DNA from: Chiloscyllium plagiosum
Taxonomy: Eukaryota
Reading direction: 5' to 3'
Length of the DNA stretch: 53,593 nt
Assembly: GCF_004010195.1 (NCBI RefSeq)
Contig: NC_057718.1
Location: 67,713,254 to 67,766,846 of the forward strand
The translations under genes and the position numbers were made by a program. Positions 23,931-37,409 of this stretch are shown here, piece by piece (positions within the stretch are counted from its first letter, which is position 1; each line of letters starts with the position of its first letter). Below the pieces are notes generated by a model, which searched no databases, was not told where the DNA came from, and saw only the letters and a program-made list of their open reading frames with translations.

Positions 23931-26247
23931 GTTTCTGCAGCAATCTGTTTCTGGCATGGAACTATATATATTTCCTTCATTGTAATTTGATTTGAAATCC
24001 TTTGCACAGACTTCTTCACAGACCTGGGTGTACCTATATCATGCCATCTTCAGTGGTTCAAGAAAGTAGCTCTTGACTACCCTTCAGGAATGAAAACAAC
24101 CAATCCTGAGTGGAAGTTGGAATGGGTTTGAGCAAAGTCCCAGAGTGATATCATAGGAAAGTCATTAGTTGATTTGTTGTTGAACATTTGCTGTTAGGGG
24201 CTGTGTTTCAACTCCTGTAATTTTTAAAAATATAAATTTCCAGACTAGCACAAGAATAGTGAGAATGGAGAAGCACAGGAGAGGAGCAGATTTGAGCGTA
24301 AGGGCAAGGAATTTCTACTTTCTACTGATTTCTGGTTTATAGCTAATAGTATGAGAGTAACATTAAAGTAAGTCTACATAAGTAATTCCATTGTATAATG
24401 TTAATGACTGATGAGGTAGATTGGCCAAGTAGAATGCCTGTCTGTTGGCATGGTGGGAGTTGTGAACACACAAGGTGACACCCTTATGTGCTGGAAATGT
24501 CATTAACTGCTCGAGCTTGAGCAGCAGGTAGGCTCACTGAGAGGTATCCAAGGGGTAGAAAACTATAGGATAGCACTTGCAGAGTAGTGGTCATGTTACA
24601 CATTAGGGACAAGCAGGCACATAGAGAATGAGAGACTGCAAAGTCGTTGAAGAGAAAGAGGCAGATAATGCAGAAGACCCTGAAGGTTCAACTCATTCAT
24701 TTGGTTTTCCATTCTGGATATTGGTGAGGGTGTTGTATCCTTGGAATGCTGCACGAGCCAAGCCTGTGGTATCCTGGATGGCCCAGCTTTACAGGAACAG
24801 AGGAAGAAGAGTGATTGGCAGTATTGCGGAGCAGTTCTTTAAGGGAACTGACAGACTTGGGATGAAATGTTGCTTCCCTAGTGCTCGGGTCAAGGATATC
24901 ACAACAGCTGCAGGACATTCTTTTGTGGGGAGGTCAAACAGCTAGTTTGACACCAAACAAACAAACAGGAAGTAGTCCTGCAGTTGGAATTTAGGGAGCA
25001 GAGTAGAAAATGAGCAAGCAGGGTCTTTGGAACCAGTATCAAGTTAGATTGGCAAACTTAGGATGGTTTTCCTTTGGGAGATGAAGGATGTGGGAAGATT
25101 TGATAGCTTTCAAAATCATAGGTCAGGACAAATTTGATAGGGAGAAACTGTTTATGCTTCTCAAAGGATGGTAACCGTGATCAGATTGTGTACTATAAGC
25201 CCCCCAACAATCGGAGGGAAATTGAGAAGCAAATATGTGGAGAGAACTCAAATATATGTAAGAATAATAAGGGGATATAAATTTTCAAAATATTGACTGG
25301 GACTATAATAGTGTTAAAGATTTGGATGATGAAGTGTTTGTTAAATGTGTTAAAGAAGATTATCTTTATCAATATGTAAATGTTGATATTGAGAAGGAAC
25401 AAAATGTGACCTTTTGGGATAAAGGCAGGGCAAGTGATTGACGTGTTAGTAGGGGAATACCTTGGGACTAGTGATCATAAAACTATTAGTTTTAAAATAG
25501 TTATGGAAAAAAGTAAGTCTTCCATAAAAGGTAAAGTTCTTAATTAAAGTAAGGCAAATTTTAACGGTATGAAACAAGAACTTTCGAAAGTTAATTGGAG
25601 TAGACTGTTCGTAGGTGATGAGATGTCTAATAAGTGGGAGGCCTTAAAAAGTGTGATATTGAGAGTTCAGAGGCTGTTATGTTCCTGATAGAGTGAAAGG
25701 CAACGCTGGTAAGATTAAGGAACAATGGATGATTAAAGATATTGGGATTCTAGTCAAGGCTAAAAAAAAATCCTATATTGGACGTAGACAACTGGGATCG
25801 ACTGAAGCTCTTGAGTATAAAGTGTGTAGGAGGGCATCTTTAAGAAAGGAATCAGGAAGTTAGAGAGGGCAGGTGAGTTTAATGATAATCCTAAAACATT
25901 CTATAAAACATTAAGGTGCAAGAGAACAACTAGAGAGAAAGTAGGGCCCCTTCAAGATCAACAAGGTCATCTTTGTGTTGAACCTTGGAAGATGGGAGAG
26001 ATATTAAATGAATATGTTATGTCAATTTTTATTGTTGAGAAAAAAAGGGAGGCTAGAGAACTCAAGAAAATAAACAATGATGTTTTGAAAACAATTCACA
26101 TTACAGAAGAGGAAGTGCTGAAAGTCTTAAAACACATAAAAGTAGATAAATCTCCAAAATCTGATCAGATGTTCAAAGTTTGTGAGAAGATTTGTAGCTC
26201 GGGTGCTCGTTGCTGTGGTTCTGTTCGCCGAGCTGGAAGTTTTTGTT

Positions 26248-26287
26248 GCAAACGTTTCATCCCCTGTCTAGGTGACATCCTCAGTGC
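26248..26287 (-). ncRNA. Minimal type I hammerhead ribozyme motif
   Basis: Minus strand: GCA CUGAGGA U GUCACCU AGAC AGGGGAU GAAA CG UU UGC. Confidence 0.7.
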
Positions 26288-26496
26288 TTGGGAGCCTCCT
26301 GTGAAGCGCTTCTGTGGTGTTTCCTCCGGCATTTATAGTGGCCTGTCCCTGCCGCTTCCGGTTGTCAGTTTCAGCTGTCCGCAGTAGTACCGGCCACTAC
26401 AGCGGACAGCTGAAACTGACAACCGGAAGCGGCAGGGACAGGCCACTATAAACACCGGAGGAAACACCACAGAAGCGCTTCACAGGAGGCTCCCAA

Positions 26497-26536
26497 GCAC
26501 TGAGGATGTCACCTAGACAGGGGATGAAACGTTTGC
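26497..26536 (+). ncRNA. Minimal type I hammerhead ribozyme motif
   Basis: GCA CUGAGGA U GUCACCU AGAC AGGGGAU GAAA CG UU/UGC: core boxes, stem II, palindromic stem III and a 3-bp stem I. Confidence 0.7.
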
Positions 26537-28964
26537 AACTAAAACTTCCAACTCGGCGAACAGAACCACAGCAACTGATCAGATGTATCCCAGGATGTTG
26601 TGGTAAATAGGGGAGCAACTTTTGGGGCCCTTAGCAGAGGTATTTGTTTCATCTATAAACACAGGTGAAGTATGGGAGCGCTGCAGGTTTTCTCATGTTG
26701 TGTCATTGTTTAAGGAAGGCTGTAAGGAGAAGCTTGGAAACTGTAGACCTGTGAGCCTGACATACGTGGTGGGTAAGTTGTTGGAAGTGATTTTGAAAGA
26801 AAGCATTTACATGCGTTTGGAGAGGCAAGAACTGATTAGGGATAGTCAGCATGGTTTTGGGCAAGGAAAATCATGTCTCACAAACTTGATTGAGTTTTTT
26901 CAGGATGTAATCAAAAAGACTGAGGAGGCTAGCATGGGAGATATTATCTACATCGACTTTAGTAAAGCCTTAATAAGAATGTCCAAGATAAAAACCTGAT
27001 TAAAAAAAAAACATATTAGTAAAGTTTGATCACATGGGATTCAGGGTTAGTAAGCCAATTAGATATGAAATTGGCGTTGTGGTGGAGGGTTGTTTTTATG
27101 ACTGGAGGCCTGTGACTAGCAGTGTTCCACAGGGATTGATACTGGTTCCACTTGATCTTGATCAGTTGGGCCAATTGGCTGAGGTATTGTATTCTGGTAA
27201 TAAAAACAAAGATAGGACTTGTACAATTAAAAGTCAGGCCTTGGGTAATGTTGTAGAACAGAGAGACTTCAGGTACATAATTCTTTGAAATTTGCATCAC
27301 ATGTAGATAGGATGGTTAAGAAGGTGTCCTTGCCTTCTTTCCTCAGATCTTTTGAGTGTAGGAGTTGGGAGGTTATATTGATGTTGTACAGGATGTAGGG
27401 GGGCCGCTTCTGGAGTACTGTGTACAGTTCTAGTTGCCCTGTTATAGGAAGGATATTATTAAATTGGAGAGGGTTCAGCAAAGATTTACCAGGACGTTGC
27501 CAGGAATTGAGGATGTAAAAGTAGATTAGAAATGCTGGGTCTTCTTGCACAGAAGTGTAGGAGGTTGAGGGTTGACCTTTAATGAGGTTTATACAATCAT
27601 GATGGGCATAGATAAGGTGACGAGGGTCTTTTCTCTATGATGGGGGAGTTCAAACGAGGGGGCATATTTTTAGGGTGAGAGGAGAAAGATTTCAAAAAGA
27701 CGTGAGGGGCAACTTTTTTTTACAGTGGTTCATGTGTGGAATGAACTGCCAGAGGAAGTGTGGATGCATGTACAGTTACAATATTTATAAGACATTGGAT
27801 AGAAAAGTTTGAGGGATGTGGGCCAAAAGCAAGCCAGGTGGGACTAGTTTTGTTTGGGAATATGGCTTGGACTGGTTAGACTGAATGGTCTGTTTCCATG
27901 TTCTTTGATTCTGATTGAGAACTGGGCACCATTTTAAAGTGGTTTGCAAAAAAAAACAAATGTGATGTGAGAGAACGTTTTCACACAGTAAATGCCTGGA
28001 AGTATGGTAAAGACAGGTTCAGTTGAGGCATTCAGGAGGGCATTAGACTATTGTCTCTGTTTAAAGACTGTGCAGAGTAACCCAGAAAAAACTGGAGGTT
28101 GGCTGTAAGTTAAAATGCTCAGAACCAGTGATGGGCCACCTGGCCTCTGCTTGCATCTTAAATAATTCTCTGATTCTTGAGGGCGGTTATGGATGGGAAA
28201 CAAACTGGCTTTGCCAGTGAGCTCATACCTACAATGAATTTTAAAAATACTATTGAAGCAAGCAGACTATTTGAATAGTTTGTGAAAATATGGCAACACG
28301 TCGGCTTGCTTGAATTGACAAACTATCTCCCCAAAGCTGCCATTAGTGTCAGTTTTATGAAGCTGTTGATTTAAATCTGTGTTCACTATTAAAACTGTAT
28401 TTATAAACGAAATATAGATAATCTGTGGAGCATGTGAAAATATAAATATCATAGTGTTCTGTCTGAGGTGCACAGATGGCAAGGAATTCTATTGGTGATC
28501 CTTCCATTCGAGGAAAAATCTTAGATCTCCTATCACCAGTTTATCAGTTGAACACTGTAACCAGTCTGCTTATGTGATTTACGGTGCAAACGTAGAACTG
28601 GCAAACTGTCAAGCTGTACAAAGCACTTCTGAAGGCCTATAAAACAACTTGCAGTCAAGCTTTGTGACATAATCCACGTGCCACAAAGGATACTTTGAAA
28701 ACAACTCTTCAACAATGCACAACTATACAGAAAGAACGACTCAAAGCAGAAAACCCAGAGCAAAGGCTGGATAGTCTCTCTCTAACCATGTCTGCTGTGG
28801 ATTTGAAGCTGTTAAATTACTATACAGATAGTGTATTGATTTTTTTTGCTGTTGGACATTCATACATACAATGTGCCATATGTCAAAACCAATGTCTTTT
28901 GCTTGTAAATTTAAAAGATGTCCACTGGGACTGGGAATAGTTAAATGCAACAGTTTTTACATAG

Positions 28965-30620
28965 AACATAAACCTAGAACAATTCAGCACTGGAACATTT
29001 ACTGTTTGCTGCCATTTACCGTATACTTTCATCTTGTGTTTGACCTCCCAAAATTCATCATCTCTCATTTGTCTGGATTACACTCCATCTGCCATTCTCT
29101 GCCCAACTTTCCAACTGATGTTTATTCTGCTGTATCCTTTGAGAGCTTTCCTTACTATCCACTTGGTAGACTTTCAGCACCCCATATCTGCACTGAGAAT
29201 GATGCCATTCTAAACTAATCCCATCTGTCTGTACATTGTCCACGTCACATTGTTCCTGCCAGTTCACGTGTCTGCCTAAATGTCTCTTAAATGTTGCCAT
29301 CATTTCAGCTTTTACCACCTCTGGCAGTGCATTCCAGGCACATACCATTCTCTGCACTTCAAAAACTTTCCCCCTGTTAATTTAAGCATATGCACCTTTA
29401 GTACTTGACAGTTCTACACTAGAGAGAAGAATTCTGACTATCCATCCTTACCATGCCTCTCATAACTTTTACTTGTCTATCAGGTCACTCTTCGGTGTCT
29501 CGTAGTCTCGTGAAAACAATCCAAGTAGCTGATGCTCTCCAATCCAAGAAACATCCTTGTACACCTATTTTTAATCTCCTCCAAAGCCTCCGTTTCCATC
29601 CTATAGTATGGTTACCAGAACTGCATATGATACTTCAAATGTGGCCTAACTAAAGTTTTATACAGCTACAATGTGACTTGCAAGCATTTATACTCAGTAC
29701 CTTGACCAATGAAGGCAAGCATGCCGTACACCTTCTTTACGACCTTATCCACTTATGTTGCCAATTTTAAGGAGCTATATACTGCATATCCATGCTCTCC
29801 AGGATCCTGCCATTTACTATATATTTGCATTTGACCTCCCAAAATGCATCTTTTGTCCATATTAAGCTCCATCTGCCATTCTCCCAACTTTCCGACTGAT
29901 CTATATCCTGCCGTATCCTTTGAATCCTTCCTCGCTTAGCCACAGCTCATCCAATTTTCTTGTCATCTGCAAAGTTACTAATCAGACCACTAACATTTTC
30001 ATCCATTTAATTTATATAAATTATAAACAGTGATCCTTGTAGAACATCACTGATCACAGATCTACAGTGAGAAAAACATACCTCTACAACTACCTTCTGT
30101 CTTGTAGACCAAGCCAATGTTTTAATCCAATTTGCCCCTTTATCATGAATCCCATGTGATTTAGTCTTCTGGTCCAGCCTACCAGAGGGACCGTGTCAAA
30201 TCCTTTGGTAAAGTCCATGTAGGCAAAATCCAATATCCTACAAGCTTTGTCGCTTCCTCAAAAATCTCAGTCAAATTTGAGAAACAAGACCTCCCCACTC
30301 AAAACCTTGCTGACCTTCCCTAATAATTGCATTATTTTCCAAATGTGAATAAATGCTCTCCCTAAGAATCTTCTCCAATAATTTCTACACCAGTGATGTG
30401 GGGCTCACTGGCCTATAATTTTCTGGAATATCCCTGTTGCCCTACGTAAAGAAAGGAACAACATTACCTTATTCTCCAGTTCTTCTGGGACCTTTCCTGT
30501 GGCTAAAGAGGATACAAAGATCTCTGTCTAGGCTCCAGATGTCTCCTCCCTTACCTCCCGCAGTTTACTGGGATAGATCCCATCAGGCCCTGGGGACTTG
30601 TTTTCCTTAATGTTTTTCAA
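28965..30620 (-). mobile_element. Old CR1 (RT to 3' end) with additional fragments
   Basis: Minus-strand WNALP, FKRHLG, FADD and MDF.K motifs. Confidence 0.85.
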
Positions 30621-30664
30621 ATGCTTTTCTATTGTAAATTGTAATCTGTTCCACTTCTGTGTTG

Positions 30665-30810
30665 GCAGTGGCACAATAGTTAGACATGTGTCTCTGCATT
30701 ACTGTGTTCTGGCTTAAGTTCCACATCAGGGCTTGTTTAGAAAGTCTAGATTGAACTCCAGTGCAATACTGAGGGAATATTTATTGGATGAAACATAAAA
30801 CCAAGGCCCA
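30665..30810 (+). mobile_element. Deu-domain SINE fragment
   Basis: tRNA-like head, then actccagtgcaatactgagggaat...ggatgaaacataaaaccaaggccc. Confidence 0.55.
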
Positions 30811-32039
30811 GAACCTGGTTACTTTTGGGATGTTCCTTTGTCAACTCTTGCTGTTGACATTGTAGCTTAATGATTAATCTCTCTCTACCTCCTAAACTTC
30901 AATTTCTTGTACTTTTGTGAGTGACAGTGTGAATCAACATAAGTCTTTATACAGATAAAAATGCTAATTAACTCCCTCTAGACTTGCTCCATTCTAACTA
31001 GGAATTAAATAGATAAAATAAAGTACCACTGTTTACAACACATGAAAGTTCTTGCTATGAGTTTTGGAGAATAGCAGTCTTTACACCATCTCCAGAGCTG
31101 CTGTAGTTACTGGTTACAGGTGTGAATATTTTGAATTTTATTCCCAGTATAATAATCTGTATCTACTTTAACTTTCAACAGCAAACAAGCACCAAAATGC
31201 CACAACACATTTAGAAATTTCCAAATTGTAACAATACAATTCTAAAGGTTGTTTATGGATTCTTGAAGGTGACAACATGTTAAGAAGGTCATACTAAGAT
31301 TTGCTTTCCCAAAATGCAGCGTCTCGCATTTATCTAAATTAAACTCCATCTGCTACTCCTCAGCCCATTGGCCCATCTGATCAAGATCCCATGGTAATCT
31401 GAGGCAAACAAAGGCGTGCTTAAAAGCAAGAACATAAAAGGTTCAAAATAATGCAGAAATAGTATACTCAGTTTCAATACCATGTCCAAATCCCAGCACC
31501 ACATTTGAGGAACGATATGAAGGCTGTGCAGAGAGTGCAGATGGAGTACAGAATTTGAAACTCTCTGAAAAGGCAGACACGTTGTCACAGCTTTTACTCT
31601 TTTTCTTTTATTTTATTGGGTTTTGGTGTCACAGGCTAGGTCAGAATTTATTGTCCACCCCTTATTCCCTTGAGAAATTGGTGAACCCCTACCTTCAATA
31701 ACTGTAATTGATATAGTCTAGCTACATCGGTAGTGTGCCAGATATTTACCTGTGACCATGAAGAAACAGTGATCTAGTTCCAAATCAGGCTGTTCAGGAC
31801 CTTGCAGGTAGTAATGTTCTCATGCAGGAAGGAAGTATCCTGAACCTTCCTCGTTGCATATTGGAATGAGTTATCCAAGTTTGATCTTTGGATGATTGCA
31901 GACCAGAAATCTGATGGAAGTTTTGGTTATTGTTTATACTTTATGCTGGATAATGTGTTGACAATTTAAACTGGCTCAACTGATATCTGATTGTTTATGG
32001 AATTGTTGCTGTTGCAAATGTTTTTTAAAATAACAACCA

Positions 32040-34120
32040 GATTGGGGACAGATGTTTGCAGGTAAAATGATGGCTGGAAAATGGGAAGCCTTTAGAAATG
32101 AGATAACGAGAGTCCAGAGACAGCATATTCCTGTTAGGGTGAAAGGAAAGGTGTAGGGAATGCTAGATGACTAGAGAAATTGCGGGTCTGGTTAAGTAAA
32201 GAAAGGATGCATAGGTAAGGTATCGACAGGATAGATTGAGTGAATCCTTAGAGTATAAAGACAGTGAGAGTATACTTAAGAGGGAAATCTGGAGAGCAAA
32301 AAGGGGAAGTGAGATAGCTTTGGCAAATAGGGTTGAGGAGAATCCAAAGGGCTTTTACAAATACATTAAGGACAAAAGGGTAACTAGGGAGAGAATAGGG
32401 CCCCACAAAGATCACCAAGGTGACCTTTGTGTGAAGTCGCAGGAGATAGGGGAGTTACTAAATGAGTATTTTGCATTAGTGTTTACTGTGGAAAAGGACA
32501 TGGAAGACATAGAATGTAGAGAAATAGATGGTGACATCTTGAACAATGTCCACATTACAGAGGAGGAAGTGCTGGATGTCTTGAAATGCATAAAGGTGGA
32601 TAAATTCCCAGGACCTAATCAGGTGTACCCTCTAACTCTGAGGGGCGTTAGGGAAGTGATTGCTGGGTTCCTTGCTGAGATATTTGTATCGTCAATAGTC
32701 ACAAGTGAGGTGCCGAAAGACTGGAAGTTGGCTAACTTGACCACTATTTAATAAAGGTGGTAAGGCAGGGCTAGGGAACTATAGACCGATGAGCCTGATA
32801 TCGGTGGTGGACAAGTTGTTGGAGGGAATCCTGAGGGACATGGTTTACATGTATTTGGAAAGGCAAGGACTGATTAGGGATAGTCAACGTGACTTTGTGT
32901 GTGGGAAATCATGTCTCACGACTTGATTGAGTTTTTTGAAGAAGTAACAAAGAGGATTGATGAGGGCAGAGCAGTAGATGTGACCTATATGGACTTCAGT
33001 AAGGTGTTTGACAAGGTTCCCCATGGGAGATGATTAGCAAGGTTAGATCTCATGGAATACAGGGAGAACTAGCCATTTGGATACAGACTGTCTCAAAGGT
33101 AGAAGACAGAGGGTGGTGGTGGTGGTGGAGGATTGTTTTTCAAACTGGAGGCCTGTGACCAGTGGCGTGCTGGGTCCACTACTTTTCGTCATTTATCTAA
33201 ATGAATAGGATGTGAACATAGGAGATATAGTTAGTAAGTTTGCAGATGACATCAAATTGGAGGTGTAGTGGACAGCAAAGAAGGTTGCCTCAGAGTACAA
33301 CAGGATCTTGATCAGATGGACCAAAGGCTGAGGAGTGTCAGATGGAATTTAATATAGATAAATGTGAGGTGCTGCATTTTCGGAAAACAAATCTTAGCAG
33401 GACTTGTAAACTTAAAGGTAAGGTCCTTGGGAGTGTTGCTGAACAAAGAGACCTTGAAAGTGGAGTCGTAGGTAGATAGGATAGTGAAGACGGCGTTTGA
33501 TATGCTTTCCTTTATTGGTCAGAGTATTGAGTATAGGAGTTGGGAGGTCATGTTGTAGCTGTACAGGACGTTGGTTAGGCCACTTTTGGAATATTGCATG
33601 CAATTCTGGTCTCATTCCTATAGGAAGGAAATTGTGAAACTTGAAATGCTTCGGAAGAGATTGACAAGGATGTTGCCAAGGTTGGAAGATTTGAGCTAGA
33701 GGGAGAGGCTGAATAGGCTGGGGCTGTTATACCTGGAGTGTTGGAGGCTGAGGGGTGACCTTCTAGAAGTTTAGAAAATCATGGATAGGATAAATAGACA
33801 AAGTCTTTTCTCTGGGATGGGGGAGTCCAGAACTAGAGGGCACAGGTTTAGGGTGAGAGGGGGCTACTATAAAAGAGACCTAACGGGTAATGTTTTCATT
33901 CAGAGGATGGGTGAGTGTATGGAATGAGCTGTCAGAGAAAGTGGTGGAGGATAGTACAATTGCAACATTTAAAAGGTATCTGGATGGGTATATGAATACG
34001 AAGGGTTTAGAACGATATGGGCCAAGTGCTGGCAAATGGAACTAGATTAGGTTGGGATATCTGGGCAGCATGGACGAGTTGGACCGAAGGGTCTGTTTCT
34101 GTGCTGTACGTCTCTGACTC
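32040..34120 (+). mobile_element. 5'-truncated CR1 (family of the 8.5-12.7 kb copy)
   Basis: ORF 32236-32751, RT motifs (YMDFSK, KFADD) and 3'UTR; many stops. Confidence 0.95.
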
Positions 34121-36084
34121 TTGCTGTTGAAACTGAGCAGTTTTGCCAGGTAGACTTTAGGAACACCTAATACCAAGGTTTGCATAATTACTGGAAAAGT
34201 GATCAGTCAACCTGACTGTAACATTTCCTGTACTAAGATGAAGATTTGTCTCACAAGCCAGTGGTTTTTCCAAAGTCAGTGCAGACACGAACAAATGCAG
34301 TATTACTGGGTGGCAGGAGCTGACAGGTGACCAAAAGAATTCCCAATCAATCTGAATAGCTCCTGAGCTGTTTTTGTATAGAAGTATTACTCTCATGAAA
34401 GCCACCAGTTGTGATATGCTCTGTTTTGGTTGTACATTGTGCAAATGCTTTTTGTCTAATCATACTACATTTGAAGGGCCCCTACATTCTGTATTTACAG
34501 AATTGATCATAATGTTTAGCAAGAATATATGTCAGTATGCCTCTTGCAAAATAGACAGGAATATGCATGTTAACGCCACTAGTTAACCACTTATTCAAAA
34601 AGCCATATTTTGCTTTAACACATCAAAAATCCTGGAAAGGAGAAGGAACTGTGATTAAAATTTAGCAGATATAGGTATCATTGAAATTCAGCATTTTATC
34701 CAATTAAAGTGAAAAATTGGTGTTTATCAAATACTTGATTCAAGTTGCTAGAGACTGATTAATTTCTCTCCTTGTTTCTTGGTGTGGGCATCGCTGGTCA
34801 AGCCACCACTGACTGTCCACTTCGAATAATGAAATGTGAGCCCCTTCTTGAACTGTTGCAGGCTACAGTTTGTGCCTGGATTCCGACACACTCAACGTCA
34901 CAATCTCATTGCCTCACACATGAGCTCAGGTGGCCTCTTGCTTGAGAGAAACTGCCGATGATTGGGCCAGATTGAAATGCTTGTCTGGCCACTCTGTTCC
35001 ACATAGAAGTTGGGCAATGTGGCCCATGTTGAACAAGCCAGTTTATATATGTTACTCAGTGCACCAGTTGGAGGAATTGAATGTTTAAGCTGGTGAATAA
35101 AGTACTGATCAAGGCTGTAGCTTTTGTCTGGATAGTATCCATTTGCCTGAATGTTGAAGTTGTACTCACCCAGATTGTAATTTTATCATGCTCCTGACTT
35201 CCATGTAAACCGTTGGCCGGCAGGAGATGAGTCATTTGCTGCAGAATTCCCAGCAACAGTTCTTTTTGTCACAGTTGTTATGTGAATGGTCCAGTTCAGT
35301 TTCTGCTCAGTGGTGAGATTTCCCCCAGAATTTTACTGGTTTCCGATTCCATAATGGTATTTTCTTAATATGTGTTTGTTCGTGGGATGTGTGCATTGCT
35401 GAACTAGGCCAGCATTTATTGCCAACCACTTGCTATACTGGTGAGCTGACTACTTGAAACTCTGCAGCTTATGGAGATCTATACATGCAGTGCTTTTAGG
35501 AAGGGTGTTCCTGGATTTTCACTTGGTGACATTGAAGGAACAGTGATAAGGTTCCAAGTCATGATGGTGTACGACCAGCAGCCTGCAGGTTGTGATGTTT
35601 GTGTATCTGAAATCATTGTCCTGCTAGATGAGAGTTCTTGTGTTTGGAAGGTGCTGTCAAAGGAGCTTTGTTGAGTTGCTACAGTTGTAGATTGTACACA
35701 CTGCAGCCACTGAGGGTCACTGATGGAGGGTGCGAATATTGAAGGTGGTAGATGGGGTGCCAATTAAGCTGTCTCCTTTGCTTTTGATGATGTTGAGCTT
35801 CAAATGTTGTTAGGACTGCACTCAGCCAGAGAAGTGGTGATATTCTATCAACACTTCTGACATGCTTTATAGTTTGTCGATAAGCTTTGGGGAACTACCA
35901 CATGAGTTTCTTGCCTCAGAATTCCCAACCTCTGACTTCATCTTGGAGCTATAGTAATTATGTGGTTAGTCCAGTTTAGTTTTCTGTTAATGGTAACTCT
36001 CATGATGTTGTTGATAGCAGTAAATTTAGCAATGGTAATTCCATTGTCTGTCAAGGGGTGACGATTAGATGGACTAGGCAGCAC

Positions 36085-36335
36085 GTTTCTAAGGTGAAAG
36101 GAGAGAGATTTAAAAAAGACATGAGGCAATTTTTTTTTTACACAGGTGGTTCAGGTGTGGAATGAACTATAATTGCAACGTTTAATAGATATTTGGTAGA
36201 AACATGAATAGGAAAGATTTGAAGGCATATGGGCCAGGAATGGACAGGTGGGACTAGTTTAGTGTGGGATTATTTTCAGCGTGGACTGGCTAGACCAAAG
36301 AGTCTGTTTCTGTGCTATATGACTCGATAACTCTG
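36085..36335 (+). mobile_element. CR1 3' end, nested
   Basis: aaggtgaaaggagagagattt...tggaatgaact...ctatatgactc. Confidence 0.8.
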
Positions 36336-36404
36336 TGTCACTGTCTGTCAGTTCTGTGGAACAAATGTTACTTGCCATTTAACAACCTGAATCTTGCCCA
36401 TGTT

Positions 36405-36772
36405 AGTCTATAAGAAATAGGAGGAGAAGACGTCCGTTCAGCCCATCAACTGAATACCGTCATTCAATGAGATCATGGCTGATCTGCTCATCTTCAACTC
36501 CACTTTCCTGCCTTTTCCAATAACCTGTGATCCCCTTTCTGGTTAAAATATGTTTGTGTCTGCCTTGACTGTACTTAGCATCCTAGCTGCCACAACCCTT
36601 TGTGGCAAAGAATTCTGCAGATTCACTACCCTCTGACAGAAAAAAAATCCTCCTCCTCTGATTTAAATGGGCACCCCCTTATTCTGAGTTAATTCCCTCT
36701 ATTGTTTGGCTTTTCTCAAAGGGAAGCTACCTTTCCACATCTCCTGTCAAGTCCCTTAAGAATCTTGTATGT
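36405..36772 (-). mobile_element. CR1 3' end of a different subfamily, nested
   Basis: Minus strand reads tttctgtcagagggtagtgaatctgcagaattctttgccac, then a 3'UTR ending cctatttcttat. Confidence 0.7.
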
Positions 36773-37305
36773 TCTGCTGCATACAGATATGGGCAGCTTC
36801 AGTTCCTGCAAAACTGTGATTGATTGTGCTGCATATTGTATAATAATCAATAACTGTCCCTAATTCTAACGTAATGATGGAGAAAGTTCATTAATAAATC
36901 AGCTGAAGAGGGTTGGACTTGAGGTTATGCAGATATGTCTTAGGACTGCAATGATTGACCTTCAAGAACCACAATGATTGACCTTTAAGAGCCACAACCT
37001 TTTTTCAGACAGTGTAGAGTTGCCCCCCTCCATTCTCAACGTGTTAATTTTGTTCGGGGTCCATGATGCCATACTCAGTAAAATGTAAACACTTTCACCT
37101 CATCTCTGGAATTCATCTCTTCTGTCCATCTATGGACAATGCTGTATGGAACCCAAACTGAGCAGGTCACTGCTGAAATTTGACAACACTATTGATAACC
37201 CTTTCCATTAATTTGTTAAGACAAAACTGATATGGCAGTAATTTGCGAAGTTGAATTGTCCTACCTTTTTATCGACAGGACATGCCTGGTTAATTTTCCA
37301 CATTG

Positions 37306-37409
37306 AGCTGAAAATGTGTTGCTGGAAAAGCGCAGCAGGTCAGGCAGCATCCAAGGAACAGGAGAATCGACGTTTCGGGCATAAGCCCTTCTTCAGGAAT
37401 GAGGAAAAG
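37306..37409 (-). mobile_element. 104-bp PLE-derived insertion
   Basis: 9-bp TSD tccacattg at 37297-37305 and 37410-37418. Confidence 0.9.
37364..37400 (-). ncRNA. Minimal hammerhead ribozyme motif
   Basis: Minus strand: AUUC CUGAAGA A GGGC UUAU GCCC GAAA CG UC/GAUUC. Perfect stem II and a GUC triplet; stem I is weak. Confidence 0.7.

Larger units (their letters stand above)
26173..26574. mobile_element. Palindromic Poseidon/Penelope-type pseudo-LTR insertion in CR1
   Basis: 12-bp TSD ctgatcagatgt at 26161-26172 and 26575-26586. Arms 26209-26388 and 26396-26575 with a 7-nt loop. Homologous to 49770-49916. Confidence 0.93.
24400..27915 (+). mobile_element. Old, rearranged near full-length CR1
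   Basis: Decayed ORF1 (CCFPSARVKDI) and ORF2 (MGEILNEY, NCRPVSLT, YIDFSKA, VPQG), then a 3'UTR. Confidence 0.85.

Noticed and set aside
25992..26618. Two opposite-strand ORFs with nearly identical Cys-rich peptides
   Set aside because: A by-product of the inverted repeat; both read the antisense of a PLE terminal region.
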